From Rhodosorus marinus CCMP1338 (lineage: Eukaryota; Plantae; Rhodophyta), in assembly GCA_029953675.1 (NCBI GenBank), contig JAMWBK010000002.1:434001-498000 (forward strand): a stretch of 64,000 bases of DNA, given 5' to 3'. Position 1 is the stretch's first letter. Every line of letters starts with the position of its first letter. The notes below the pieces were generated by a model that saw only the letters and a program-made list of their open reading frames with translations, did not search any database and was not told where the DNA came from. Both the position numbers and the translations under genes were made by a program. Of the stretch, positions 35,501 to 48,374 are shown piece by piece.

Positions 35501-38500
35501 TCTCCGACTAAATTCTGATACAATAGTAGCCCGAGCAAGAGACGTGTAGGTTACCTTGCGAAATGATCCCATTCCCAGTGATGATGATCAGTTTATCCAG
35601 AGCCTATCCACACTGAGGAGCGTGATAGGGAGAACTGATGACGGCCGTCCAACAACAAAGCAGTTTTCCACCCCAGAAAGTCAGAGACAGCTTCGTAGGG
35701 AGTCTGTAATGAAAAGCGAATTCTCATTTCGGCCAAATTGAAGAGCGAGCATAGAACAAATTTGTGATTATAGGCTCAAGAACTGAATCTGTTTGACATT
35801 GAAATCCTGCAGTTCTAAGTATAGTACCAGTCTCTCGCACCCGATAAAGTCCAATGGCCGTCATTCCTTTTTGGGAGTGTGAACTTAAAACTCGGACATT
35901 CCTCTCGGAACGGTAAAAAAGCAGAGAACCCAAATGTTCTACCACAAAACTAGCTCAAAAAAAGCATCCATCAAAGGTTGCCCAGCAGTGCCGAGCCTTA
36001 AATGGTCGACTGAAACAAAAATAGAGAAATTCAGCAAACACTACATCACCGTTTTGCTCCAGGAAAGAGCGGTAGCTCATTTTTGGAAGCCAAGCCACTC
36101 GTTTTGTGCTCCTTCCTCGGGTTGCCAAAAGCTTAACGGAAGGGAAACCTTTGCCAACTTCAACATGCTCCCTCCAATGTTACCAGTTGCGGCCCAAGTT
36201 AAAACAAACCGGAACAAATCTACAATTGGGATCCACCAGTGAAGTTGCTCTGGTTTCTAATCTAAACGTGGGTGATCAACTTTCCTCTTTTGCACCACCC
36301 TCCCCCCCCCCCCGCGCCCACCCCTCCCCTAACACCTCCTAAACCGGTCTTGTTGACACACCCCAGATTCCTTGGGAGAGTGGTAGTTTTCCAAGAAACA
36401 CAACGCTCTCCCTCCCACTCAAGTCGATTTGTTCCGTTCTCCTTCGAATTAAACGATCAATAATGTTCTCCGTGTAAAGGTAATTGATACCAAAAATTAA
36501 TTACCAGCAATATATTGTTAGGGCAATGTAGAAGTAATTTTTATTCTCTAGTGATAAGGGCTTGACTTGAGCAAATTTGGAATGGGACGATGCCTTTTTT
36601 TCCTACTAGATGTCGGTCACGAGGTCTTGGTTAATTTACTACCAAAATATTACAATAGTTTAAATGGATTTGTCGTTATTATTATAAGGGATCAGTTCTC
36701 AATGTGGGAAACTGAATTTATGTATTTTTTTGTTGACTATTTTTGTGACACTTATTTACTTGGGCCGTACCAATTCACACGGATTCAAAGAAGTCCGAAC
36801 GTGTTCACCTCCCCCTCCCCCCCGTTCCCGTTTTCCATCAGAACTAATGATCAAGGTCATATGGCAAAGTCGGCATGGGCGTGTTCTCACACCTGATGGC
36901 GGAGACGGAGATATGAACGAGGGACACACCACACACCACCCCAGTTTCGGCCTCTGAGCCGTTATCCTGTGAATTTATTCTCAGCAGGCGTTCTAAAAGG
37001 AATGGATTGCCTGATGGTCAGGGCATCTCTACTTTCCTTTTTTTTGGCCACTCCCTCCTCCGGGCTGATTTCTGGGCCACTTCATATTCAAGTTTCCCTA
37101 GCTATTGCCGCAATCTCCTTTCTGATTGAGTGTGGTCCGGTAAAGTAGCCCCCCCTTACCGGACATGATCTGTTCCAAGGTGATTGGATTCTAGAGCAGA
37201 GTTACTCTGTCTTCCCCTGAACTAACTTGAAAATTTGGAGAATGTGCCATGACAGACTCACTCACACGCCAGGAGAGTGGAGAACACGAGATGCAGATTA
37301 TTCCACCGTGGACAGCCATGACAGCAGCCCGTGGTGTAATTTAAAAAGCTCCGGTTGCCAAAAACTGGTCCTTTTTCCAGGGAACTCCAATCTCCTTCGA
37401 CTTCTAAAGTTCTCGTTCACAAATGAAAGTAGGTGCAGCACCCAGGATTTTACTCGAAAAGTCACTTGCCACTTGCCTAACGATCCCACGTTGTTTTCAT
37501 GGGACCTTTTGCAGGACAGCACTGAGCCTGGGTGTCGGAGGGGGCTCGGTTCTGCTGAGCTTGAATCGGCCGACGCCCATTTTGTCAGTCCTGAGGGCTT
37601 GATAACTTTTATTCCTAATTGGCCAGAGTGCTGGAGCGGACAGGGGTGGTCTTCTTGTAAAAGTCTGCTCCAAATAAAAATAAAAACCATCAGCAAACAA
37701 TCAGCGAGTTTCCAAAACACGTCATAGAACAATCGGATAGGCGCAATGGGCGCTCCCTTGCCACTTCAACACTTCATCCTGCGTGTAAAGAGCGGCTATG
37801 GTACTAAAGCGTACTAACGGCAAAAGCTCCAAAAAAAAAAGCAGAAAAGTGCGCGGCCATTGCCAGTGGGGCACTTTTTCGTCGAGACCAGACCTCTTGA
37901 GTTCCAAACGTTCTCCCAGGTATATATAGAGTGTTCATATTTTTTGTCTCATTCCGGAATATTCAGCAGGGAGACTTGCGGAACGTCGCTTACCGGTACC
38001 TGCCACGGATGACAAGCTGTAATTATATGGTTGAAGAGCCCAGTAGATGAAAAACTTTTTTCGCAAGCTCCTTGAGGCCAACACGCGTTGCAGGCGTCAA
38101 TGGCCTTCCCGCCGCTCTTCCCGAAAAAGATCTCTAGTCGCTGCCCGCACCGGACGTACAGTGAACCAGCTACTTAATTATTGCTGTGGAATATCCCTAC
38201 CGAAAGAAGGGGCGCCTAACCCTATTATCGGGACCGCACTTCGCCAGTCCACGAGTGAAACCCTAAGTGGTGCCCTCGAGTTCAATTCTGAGAGAGCCGT
38301 CCTGTAAAAAGTTGTGGAATAGTACACTGACAGAAGCGTAAGCAGCGCAGTTGCGAGGCCCCCGCTGATTGCAGCCCCTGCCCAAGTTGCCGGTAAGAAT
38401 CGCAATAAACCCACCGTCCTCTACTCTTTCGAAAATATCTGAAAATTTCACAGGTGCAGCTCCGTTCGGATTCTATTTTGGACTCACGGGTAAATATGGA

Positions 38501-38600
38501 AATCAAAAAAAAGGAGTCCTCGCAGACGCCAACATGACTTATGAAAGGTGTCAGAACTAGACTGCTCGCCTTGCCAGCATTGCAACGCCCTGCCCCGTCC

Positions 38601-38803
38601 CCCCGGAAATTTTGCCTAGGGTCCCACCAGAGACCGACGATGCAGAAGCTTCTTGGAGAGACAGTTGCGTCCATTCGATCAAGAACCGACGAAATCCTAT
38701 GCCCTATCCCCCAGGAAATTTGCCTAGGGTCCCGCCCGAGACCGACGACGCAGAAGCTTGGAGAGAGACAGATCAGATTCGTCGACTCGATCAAAAATCG
38801 ACT
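38601..38803 (+). repeat. Two-copy ~109-bp tandem duplication
   Basis: GGAAAT(T)TTGCCTAGGGTCCC(A/G)CC(A/C)GAGACCGACGA(T/C)GCAGAAGCTT...GAGAGACAG starts at 38605 and again at 38714. Confidence 0.9.
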
Positions 38804-38930
38804 AAAGCCCTCTGGGCAGGATGGTCTTGTGCATCAAATATTAGTTGTTTTTATTACATAAAATATTTATAACTTCGATCCCAACTTTTCACACGGTTAG
38901 ATAAGTTAGTTTCAACGCTTTTCTAGAATT

Positions 38931-39572
38931 TCAATTGCCGAACTTCCGAGACCTCCTCCTCATCATCGCTGGTGAAATCTGCGGATGCACGCTAGCTCGC
39001 AGTCTCCTCTCATACAGAGCATACACAGCAGGATTCACATACAGATCATACTCCAATGTCTCCAAACACACCTTCTCCAAGGCGCAAAGTTCGGTGGGTG
39101 ATATCCCTCCGACCATGGCAAACAGCTTCAACGGCCTCGGCTTGTCATCCAAAAGCTTGCAAGCAATCAAAGAGGTCGCGAGGAAGATCCTGTGCACGTT
39201 GTACTCATTCAGCCTGTAGTGGTTCCCCTTTTTCACCAGTCTGTCCATGAGCACCAGCGCGGTGGTAAACACGGACAGGGAGCAGTTCAAATACTTAAAT
39301 AGCTTGAAGACAAAAAGCTTAAGCGACAAATTCGGCTTTGCCGACGAATAAAACATAAGCGCCGGATCAACCATACGCGGCTCACAGGTAAATTCCACAC
39401 TATTCCTCTGGATGGCCCATTCCAAAAGTCTGGTCAACCCACAAGCAACCGCTATTCTTTCAATCTGCTCCAACTTCCTCTCCTCCCTAATCCCAGGACG
39501 TCCACCCAGCTTATGAGCCAGAGCGTCCGACCTCCTCTCCACCTCACGAGCAACCCTCATCCTGTTAACCAT
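38931..39572 (-). CDS. PHO80-like / U-type (P-type) cyclin, single exon
   Basis: YLNCSLSVFTTALVLMDRL, LNEYNVHRIFLATSLIACKLLDD and FAMVGGISPTELCALEKVCLETLEYDLYV. Confidence 0.92.
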   Translation of the reverse strand: MVNRMRVAREVERRSDALAHKLGGRPGIREERKLEQIERIAVACGLTRLLEWAIQRNSVEFTCEPRMVDPALMFYSSAKPNLSLKLFVFKLFKYLNCSLSVFTTALVLMDRLVKKGNHYRLNEYNVHRIFLATSLIACKLLDDKPRPLKLFAMVGGISPTELCALEKVCLETLEYDLYVNPAVYALYERRLRASVHPQISPAMMRRRSRKFGN

Positions 39573-42500
39573 CTTGTGAAATCAACTACTTCAACACATA
39601 CACACCCCCGCTCACGAAACACACAGGTACCCTCAAAAGCACCACCACACCTTCTCGCCTCCCTTCGCCCACACCCGCTTCATTTGCATGCAGCTTGTCA
39701 TGTTGTATATATATTATCATGTCCCTATTACCTGTATTCACGTTTACCAGGGCTCCAAACTGAAAACATATGAAAATTCCACGCCCAACCCCCCCAAAAA
39801 ACGATTCTCTCCAAAATTTCTTCCAAACTGCATACACAATCAACAGTCAGGATTTTCCCCCCTCCGCACCTCGAACTCTATGTAAGATAGATTTCCTCCC
39901 CCCTAAAACCGAAAAATAACCACTAAACAAAAAACAATAATAAAGTCCGATAACTCACTCCATCAAACAATTTCAGGAACCGGGCGTAGGGCCGGGGAGG
40001 GGGTGGGAGAAGGGGAGCGGAAGCCCAAGGAATCAATATTCCCCAGCTACGCACACCACTTCTGCACTCGAACTAAAAACAGTAGCCCAGAAAAACCGAA
40101 GGAGGCCGCACTGTCTAGTTTTCCTTAGAAAGCCAACCTGTGATGAACAAAAAAAAAAATACTAAGCTGGAGGGGGGGAGGGGGGGAATGATGGTCTTCC
40201 CAGGGGTAGTTTTCGATTCTTCCTGATTTTATATATGTCGCAAAGCCGTACCTTCAAAACGACCCCAAAATTGACCCTTATTGTCTTTGCCAGTATGAGC
40301 CCAAACGAGAGAAAATCGATATTAGGACCAAGAAAAAAAAAAAAAAAGAGTTCCTTGAGGTCACGCGTGTGTCAAGGCACACTTCAAGCTCGCTATCACC
40401 GCGCCCATTCCCGCTCACCCCTCCCCAACCTCTGGACTTGTGAGTTTTCCGTTTTCTCTGGTCTGTCACCACTTTTTTGGGGCTGTCGCCAGTTCTAGGA
40501 TTCTACTACGTCAAAAGCCGGAGGAAACAAGGCCTTCCACTGAGCCTCGAAAATTGGAAAAACAATTAAATAAGCAAACCCTAGCCTTCTTCCCCGTGTC
40601 ATGTTATGCCCAAAGAGCGCAGCGCGCACCGGTAGGCTGGGTTTATACGAAAATTAATAATAACTGTGGAATGATGTCCTTTTCTAAAAACAATTGTGAT
40701 TTCGGCTCTTGCGCCCTCCGCAGAGGCCACTTGTCGGTTTTCAGGGGATTCTTCGTATCATCATCATGATCAAAGTATGGGAACAGTTTTTCCGGTGTTT
40801 TTGGAGGCATTTGTGTAGCCATAAGCCCGGAAAACTATTTTTTGGCACCATCTCTCGCTCACCCCACCTCCAGGGGCGTAGCTTGTTGTGCGAGCGAGCT
40901 GGAAAGGGGACATACGGAAAGCGTGCCAATTTTATTGTTCTTTTAAGTCGCTATCAAAGCGGTGGGGCTGCTTCGTTTAGCAATCCCGCGGAAGAATACA
41001 ATTTCTTAGAATTATCGAGTATTCCTGACGAATAGCCGTCTCAAAGGTAGTTATAGGTGAAATCCCTTTTCACGTACCAAGTTTTATTCTTTTTTCATGT
41101 TTCAAAAGTCGGATACGAGTTAGTGAGTAGCTCACGTGCTAAATTGCGAGCCTGAACGATCGCCGGGTTGAGCCATCTACTTTGAAACATACGTGAAAAC
41201 ACAAAATACAGGGCCGATTTTCATCGTAGGCGCAGCACCCTACGCGTTCTTCGACTAGTAGCAACCTCGCTCATTCAGCGTACTATCACAAACGCGCTCG
41301 GGAGCTAGTGGACCAGGATACCTATTTGTTTTAAAAACAAAATATGAGCGCCATATTTTTAAAAAATGGAGATTTTTGCTCCTCTGCCGTAGAACATTCC
41401 CAATGGGCTGCGAACTAGATTGGCTTGAGATCCCGCCAAGCCAAATGCCTGGAAAAAACTTAAAACTGGCACAGCGTAGAAAGTACTTACAAGGATTTAA
41501 GCCAATTACAGTCCTTTCAGGTCATGACAATCAATCCTTCATTGGTAATAACTCACTGGAGAAAAGAGGAAGCCCCTGTTTTCTAGCTCCGGTTGTGTGG
41601 GTTGTAAGACCTCCAAAAGTAAGAAGTCCCCGACAATCCAAATAATATCTATCTAATCAGTAGGTTTTAAAGGGGGTTTGGTTCATCCCCGTTGCACTCA
41701 CAGCGTGGGGATAGTTTCCTGTGTCCCGCGCACAAGCCAATCATGTGCCAGCACGCTAAGGACGGGGGGGCTGCACTAATTGAGACTGAGCAACACTAAA
41801 TGGCACGTTCGAGGTTAGGTTGATGTTTGTTGAAATCTACAAGAATAAAACTCCAGTTCACTTATCAACCGTACGGATTTTCGGCAAGTTTGTACCGTTT
41901 AAATCTACGATCGATGCTTGTCAAATTGTACTTTCTCCATTAGAATCGATTCACTTACCGTTCGGAGCTAGTCAATATACAATCAATAGAGAAATACGGT
42001 TCAAAGCCGTGGGAGCTTCACAGGGAGTGCCGACGAAAAACTGCGAACTTGCTAAAATTTACTGCTCCTGGCAGGCTGAAAACGCGAACAGGGCCTGCGT
42101 TGTCGAGGACGTGATCGAGGGGTCCGGAGAGCCCTGAAGAAGAGGACTCCGCTCCTGATACGTGAAAGCAACGGCGGTCATCTGGATCTGACTTGATCAC
42201 CCTACAACAAAGCTCACCGCGACAATTAAGCTCACCGCGACGCAGGATTGTCAAGTGTTCCCAAGCTCGATGTGTAGTTGGAAACACTGTCGAGACTCCC
42301 ACTAGCTGTCCATCAGGCTCAGGTGATGGATAACTCCCGCGGTCGGAAAGCGGTGAGAGAAGAACTGCTCTCGTGCCTGCCACTACAGAGGCCCTCAGGC
42401 TCCAGGCGATAGGTTGAGTTGCTAAAGGAAGCTTAATCGACGCTTGGAAAGCGCGGACGGCCGGGGATGGTGACTAGATAATGATGACGACGAGTTGGAA

Positions 42501-45500
42501 GATATGATTCGGACGAGGCTTGGGGCGTCCGATGATTGCTGGGCCAGCCGATGGAGAGCGGCCACTCAATTCTACTGCGTTCGAGAAGAGATAAACAAAG
42601 AAGTTCCTAGGTAACCGGTGTGTAGGGTATTACCAACTGTAGAAGAGACATTAGATCGAGATAATCACTACAGCGTAGCCAGGTTCTGGTCAAGAGTCTA
42701 GTAGGCGTACTTGTCAGGTGACCACTGCCAGGCCGAACGTAGCCATCTTCACGTTTGAACTCGTGTTCACTTGCTCGTGTTGGGATTCGCCATCGCCCTC
42801 AAAAAGCAGGTAGAAAGAGAAAAGCCCGCTGTCGAAATCCCACACGGTTTCAACCAGTTTGAGACACCGAAAATATTTCCATTAATCGATTCTTATTTTT
42901 TATAGTATTTTTGCTCGACTCACGAACTGGGAAAGTCTGTGCCATGTTCCCTCCTCTCTCTCACCGCGGCTTCTCCGGGAGGGGGGCTCGGGGAGCTCCA
43001 GGGAGGCAAGGAATAACAGAACAAAAAAATTAGCTGCTTCTCACCGTGCAGAGTAAGTCATTAGGGTCCGGGTCATAATTCCGCAGGAAAGAGAACACGT
43101 TAGCACAATACCCCTCGTCATTGGACAAGCAACAACAATGACGTATTCCAATCATCTTCAGTTCCGTGGGAACCCTAACATCAAGCCAATCAAAAGCAAG
43201 AAACACCATCCCCACACATCCCCCCGCCAGCCCTCCAAACAAGGTTGGAACCTGCTGAAAATTCATTGCAAAAAAACTTAGTGTCTAATGAAATATTAAG
43301 AATATTTAAAGTAAAGTAAGTTGTTTCCAGTTTCCTATGGAAAGCAATTAAAAAAAGGGTGCCCTTAATAGGGGCTTCCAAAGTAGTAGTGCACAAGCAG
43401 CTACGCCCAAGAGATTCAACCAGACCCAAACTCTCAAGGGAAATTTAAACAAAAAAGCAAAGTCGAGGGAGCGTCGTTCATTGGCTAGTATTAAAAAGTT
43501 CATAAAACATGAACAGGACATCACTTCCCGCGATCTTGATGATAAGTATACGTACATTCAGACACCTTCCCTGGGCCGAATTGCTTTTGTTTTTGATAGG
43601 CAAGTTTGAAAATGGGTCAATATATCACGATCATCTCGACTCAAGATTATTGAAAAACTAGAACGTCTCTGCAGAGTTCGTTCAATGCGCCATCTATCCA
43701 GCTGCTACTAACATGTACTCATCACCCTTCTTTTGAATATTGCCCAAGCTTTTCCCATTAAAAACTCCTGTACTCGCTTGAACTGATTGGATGGATAGCC
43801 CAGCACCAAGAGGATTCCAACTCAATTCACCCCTTTTTTCGATAGCAGACGAGAGGGTACCAACGTAGGGCAGGATAATGTGGGCTTCTTTACGATAGTT
43901 TAGGGATAACAGTAGCATGTTTAAAAATGAACCAAAGCAAACGCACTTGTTTTGAGAGTACAACCCGGAGGGCACACCCGGACCGGAGGACACAATTGTC
44001 TTAAACAGAATAATTTGCCCGTTGTAGTTTCAGCGTTCCCAGAATGAGGAAAAAAACAAGCGTAAAACCTGCCTGTCCTTTCCGCTTTCCAGTAATATTG
44101 ATTGAAATTATGGCGAACGGATTCCCGTCGCCGAGAAAACCGAACAATTTGGCCCAAACAGGCCCCTTGGACCTTTCCTGTACGTCCCAACAATCGTCAA
44201 TCCGACTTAAAATATATGAAAACAATAAGGCGACCATTGGGGAAAAAAAACAGAGACCTGTACCCCCCTGATAATTTTGGAAACAACGATTTAAAGTATT
44301 GTGTATATATATCGCAATCGTATATGTCAAGGAAGCGGATCTCTTTGTTGGAAGAGAAAAAATTTTCGACTAATGTGAGCGGGTTTTTGGGAGCTTCCGG
44401 TAATACGTGCAGATGGGTTTTTTGGCAGGTGTTTCTTGTTGTCATTGGTGGACTTGATCAACTCCCATCTAAGAGGCTTACGAGAAGGCTGCTTCCAGCT
44501 TGTGATCGAGGGGTATGTATATTTATTTTTTTAAATTGCATTTTTTCCGTGAGATTTTAAAACTGTGGAAGGGGGGGGGGTGGAGAGGAAGTTGTGTTTA
44601 GTCATGCTAGCGCCCTATCTGCAATGATCACCAACGGGATTGGATTTTCATAAGATCGAAGTATTTTCTTGTTTTTTTTTGTGTAGGGTCATTAATTCCC
44701 CCCCCTGTTTGATTCTGGAGTGCCGAACGCGATTGAGAGCCATGGGTAGGGAGTAATGGGGCGCGGCTGCCCCTCATCGTCCTAGTTGAGAGGCGAACCC
44801 TCGTGTCGCCCATTTTTGATAGGGGCTCGTTGAGTTTGTAGAGGACACTTGTAACGTTCGTCGGAGTAGAGAGGGCGGACCAAACCATGCTCACACAATC
44901 TGCCATGACCTAAGTCAGTTTCGGAGTTGCATGCGCGGCGGGGTTTTCGTCCAACAGGGAGGAACATGCAAGTTCGGAAGGTAAAACACCCCCGTGAATG
45001 CGGCAAGTTAGTGGCGTGAGAGTTGGGAATGGGGAAGGTACCAAGTCGGCGTGCCCCTTGTGGACTGTGGCCGAATTTGTTTGTCCGGAGGCTAGTAGAA
45101 TCCGAATCGGTCAGGTGCTTAGTGAGAAGGTTTTGACTCGAATATTTCTGGTACCAAAATCTTGGTTCATGGTGCAGAACTTGAAAAAGTTGGGCAGGCA
45201 GGAACCATGGATTTTCGCGCAGCTAATGAAACGGTGGAGAGCCCCTCTTCTCCCAATCTCGGCCTTCACACGTTCTCTTGAAGATTTTCAGGGAGAAAAG
45301 CAACCCCGCTGGCGTGAATTTTTTTTGAGTTCGGTTTTTGATTTATTACCGTACAAAGTGGCTCCATGAGATCAACATGTGGCTAGTTGAGAGATTCGGG
45401 TTGACCGGGCATTTCTCGAATCGAATTGAGTTCCCCTTCCAGCCCCGCTTGTCTGCAACACGCAAGACCAATTGTGCCTCCCTCTAGTTCCCTTAGCTTC

Positions 45501-46477
45501 TCTGCACACAGCCTTTCCGCACTCCGGTGTTCACCCCATGTTCGTCTTTAGGGCGTACAGGGTTCCTAAGGTAACCCTCCCTTGTATTCCGCTTAAAGAA
45601 GTGCAGCAGACCATTGTTGATGAGTTGCTAGGGACGTGCAATAGAAGTCTGCATACAGAAGAATGAGGTGAACTCTCGAGAGGCGGCTGTGTTAAATCAA
45701 TTGTCCCAACAAGCACATGTTCGTTTTCGGGAGAACCACGTGGCGATCCTGTTGTAGTTCATTTCGGCTGGACTTCCATTTTCCTCTCTTGGGGGGAACC
45801 TTGACAGGTGAAATTCGCAACAATGCTGGCGTTTTCCTTTTTGGCAGTTACGCACGACCCTAGTGAGGACTTCGGTCCGCCGAGAGTTTTCGATCCGTTG
45901 AGGTTAAGGCCTCAAGCACTAGCGGGTGTGCACACCCGAAAACTGTTATTGAGTATGCGAGTTGGATAGAAGTGATTCTGACCAGACTTGTGGCCTCCGG
46001 TGACTTGAGGATAGGGAGAAACGAAAGACGTGGCTCGCTCGTCCCTCCAGATCATCGACTTCGATACGTGCTCCGCGGATATCTGATTTTTGTTTCACGA
46101 GGTCCATCTCCACACCAGGGTCAAAAGCTTCGACTCGGACCGTTCACCGAAGAAAGTCAACTGGAATGATGCTCGAGGGTGAGCTCTGGGCTAGAGAAAT
46201 ACAATCGGATGCAATGATGCCGCCACATGCCGACCTAGACAGCTCAGGGCCTTCATTAATCCCTTCCTGTACCGATGGTAACCTCCGTCACTTCAGCACG
46301 AATTCGTCTTGTGGGAAATGTTCCAAAGCACCAGTGGAATGATCAAATTGGGCATCTCTTTATTCATATAATAGTTAGAAGTTACTGGACATGCAACGAA
46401 GCGGTGGCCTTTCAGCCACTGAAAGCGTAGCGTTGTAGCACCATGTTTTGGTGCATATCGTGACGTGCGGGGTGTAT

Positions 46478-48374
46478 CTACGTCCAGCCTAGCCTATGGA
46501 AATAGTACAATTGTGACATGATAATAGCAATCACAAAAATCCAGAAAATCAGGTATGAGAATGGCCAACTGAGCTCGGGCATATACTGCACAGGAGTCGG
46601 GAACAAACGATCAGTCTTAGAGCTTTTTTCGCAATTGGATCTAGTCGATTTGAGGACGTTTGCAGTTACCTCAAAGTTCATTCCGTAAACGCCAGTGATA
46701 AAAGTAAGGGGGATGAAGATGGTACTGATGATTGTCAGGGTTTTCATGACTGCGTGAAGACAAAGACACAGAAACGCAATACAAACGCGAGGTATCCGAG
46801 GATATCAGATAAAAGAGTTTGTAGGTACCTTGGACAAAAGTAAGTGCTTCATGGGGGATCGATGCCTCACCTTCCTGCATTTTGTTATTGGTCGCACTGA
46901 GGTATAGGTCCAACAGACTCATTGAGACGTCCCTGTAAGTCTCAAGAATGTCTACGACCTGAACAAGATGATCCTGAAGATCTCGCAAGTACCTTCAGGA
47001 CGTTGAAAAGTAGTTGAAGTCAGAGAGTGAGGCAGAGGCGTTGGAAAGGACTGCGGGAAGCCCAAGGACTCCTGTTCACGTACATCTTCGTTGCCTTTCT
47101 GATTATATCGTCTGAAAGCACCATCAGCCTTGAAGTGCATTCCCTCATAGGCCACACAGTTCTCCGCACTAGAAGCAGGTCGCGCTTCAGTCTTGTGATT
47201 CCCTATGACGTCATGCAACGAGTTGATGAGGAGGCCTTGGGCTTTAGACTAGTAGCTCATTGAACGATACGGGCATACCTTGATGAGCTCTGGATCAGGG
47301 TCATCGACTAGAGCGCTCTCAAGTTCCTCCATTCGGTCTCCGTAGAACTCGAGAAGAGGAAAATACCTATCTGTAACACTATCGATAACAGCGTACAACA
47401 AGTGCGATAGATCTTTCCCACGAACCTCTTCCGTGTTATTTCTCACCCGCTCTTCAACTCGTTGGACCCAATTGCCCCGGTTCTCGTTCCTGTGCTCGTG
47501 GAACGTCACGAGCAAGTTGTGTCGGTATAGAGCGAAGACTGAAACCTGATTCAGTCCGAACTCGAAGCTTCCGGGGTCCTGTTCCAAGAGCTCAGGACTG
47601 TGGGTGATAATGAAGAGCATCTCGTCGTATCTGTTGTTCGACAGGGAAAGCGCGAAAATTAGTGCAACGAAAAAGGAACGGGTGGACGACCACAAAACAC
47701 CGGCTGTGATATGCTTTCCAGCCTTACTGATCGAGCTTCGGCCTTTGAGGTGTTGTACAAACGTCTTCCTGAGCGAGAGGATGTATCTTGTATTTGTCCG
47801 CGAGTATTGCAAGGGCGTGTTCAGGAGGGCCTTCAACGTGCAACCATATGATGGACTCCAGGTCGCCCCTGGTCTCGAGATACTGACCAAAATTGCTAAC
47901 GTAGTTGTCGAAAACCAGTTCTCCATCTTCGTATTCAATGATTCTGGTCGTAGCTGGGCTCATGGACACTGGTGATGTATCCTCATCGTCCTCCTCCATT
48001 CGAGGGACCATATACCTCTTTCGAGAGGATTCTTCGTACTTCTCAGATTTTATCATTCCATCTAGAATACTATTAGAACGATGTCCCCTCTTTCGAGCTG
48101 AAAAGTGCGTAAGCTTGGTCCTGTTAATCGCTCCGTAGGACTCACTCGTGTCCTGCACCACGACTGCTTCGAGCGAGCTGTCTTTTCGGTGCATATTATT
48201 ACTCCTCGAACGCTCTGCAGTAGTGTCCCTCTCCAACACTGATGACCTTTTTTCCCTGGAGACAAGCTGTCGTTGTCCGCGCGGCAACATATGGGCTCCC
48301 TCATCATCTGTTTCGATCATGTACGAGACATCTCCAGCCCAGGACTTTGCAAGCAGCTTCTGCTTGTTAGACAT
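46478..48374 (-). CDS. corA: CorA-family Mg2+/Co2+ transporter with long N-terminal extension; about 5 exons
   Basis: WLHVEG, YKIHPLAQED..PQRPKLDQ|YD, LLYAVIDSVTDRYFP, YLRDLQDHL, NNKMQE, MKTLTIISTIFIPLTFITGVYGMNF (GMN signature) and YMPELSW. Confidence 0.94.

Noticed and set aside
35577-35640. C/D-box snoRNA-like arrangement (TGATGA..CTGA..GTGATA..CTGA)
   Set aside because: There is no terminal stem and only an ~8-nt match to an rRNA segment recalled from memory, which is expected by chance.
43902-43913. TAGGGATAACAG, a partial I-SceI site
   Set aside because: Only 12 of 18 nt match and there is no construct context, so it is coincidental.
45130-45560. RIFLVPKSWFMVQNLKKL, resembling a DIRS-type RT motif
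   Set aside because: It is a single short motif with no convincing downstream RT domains or YxDD.
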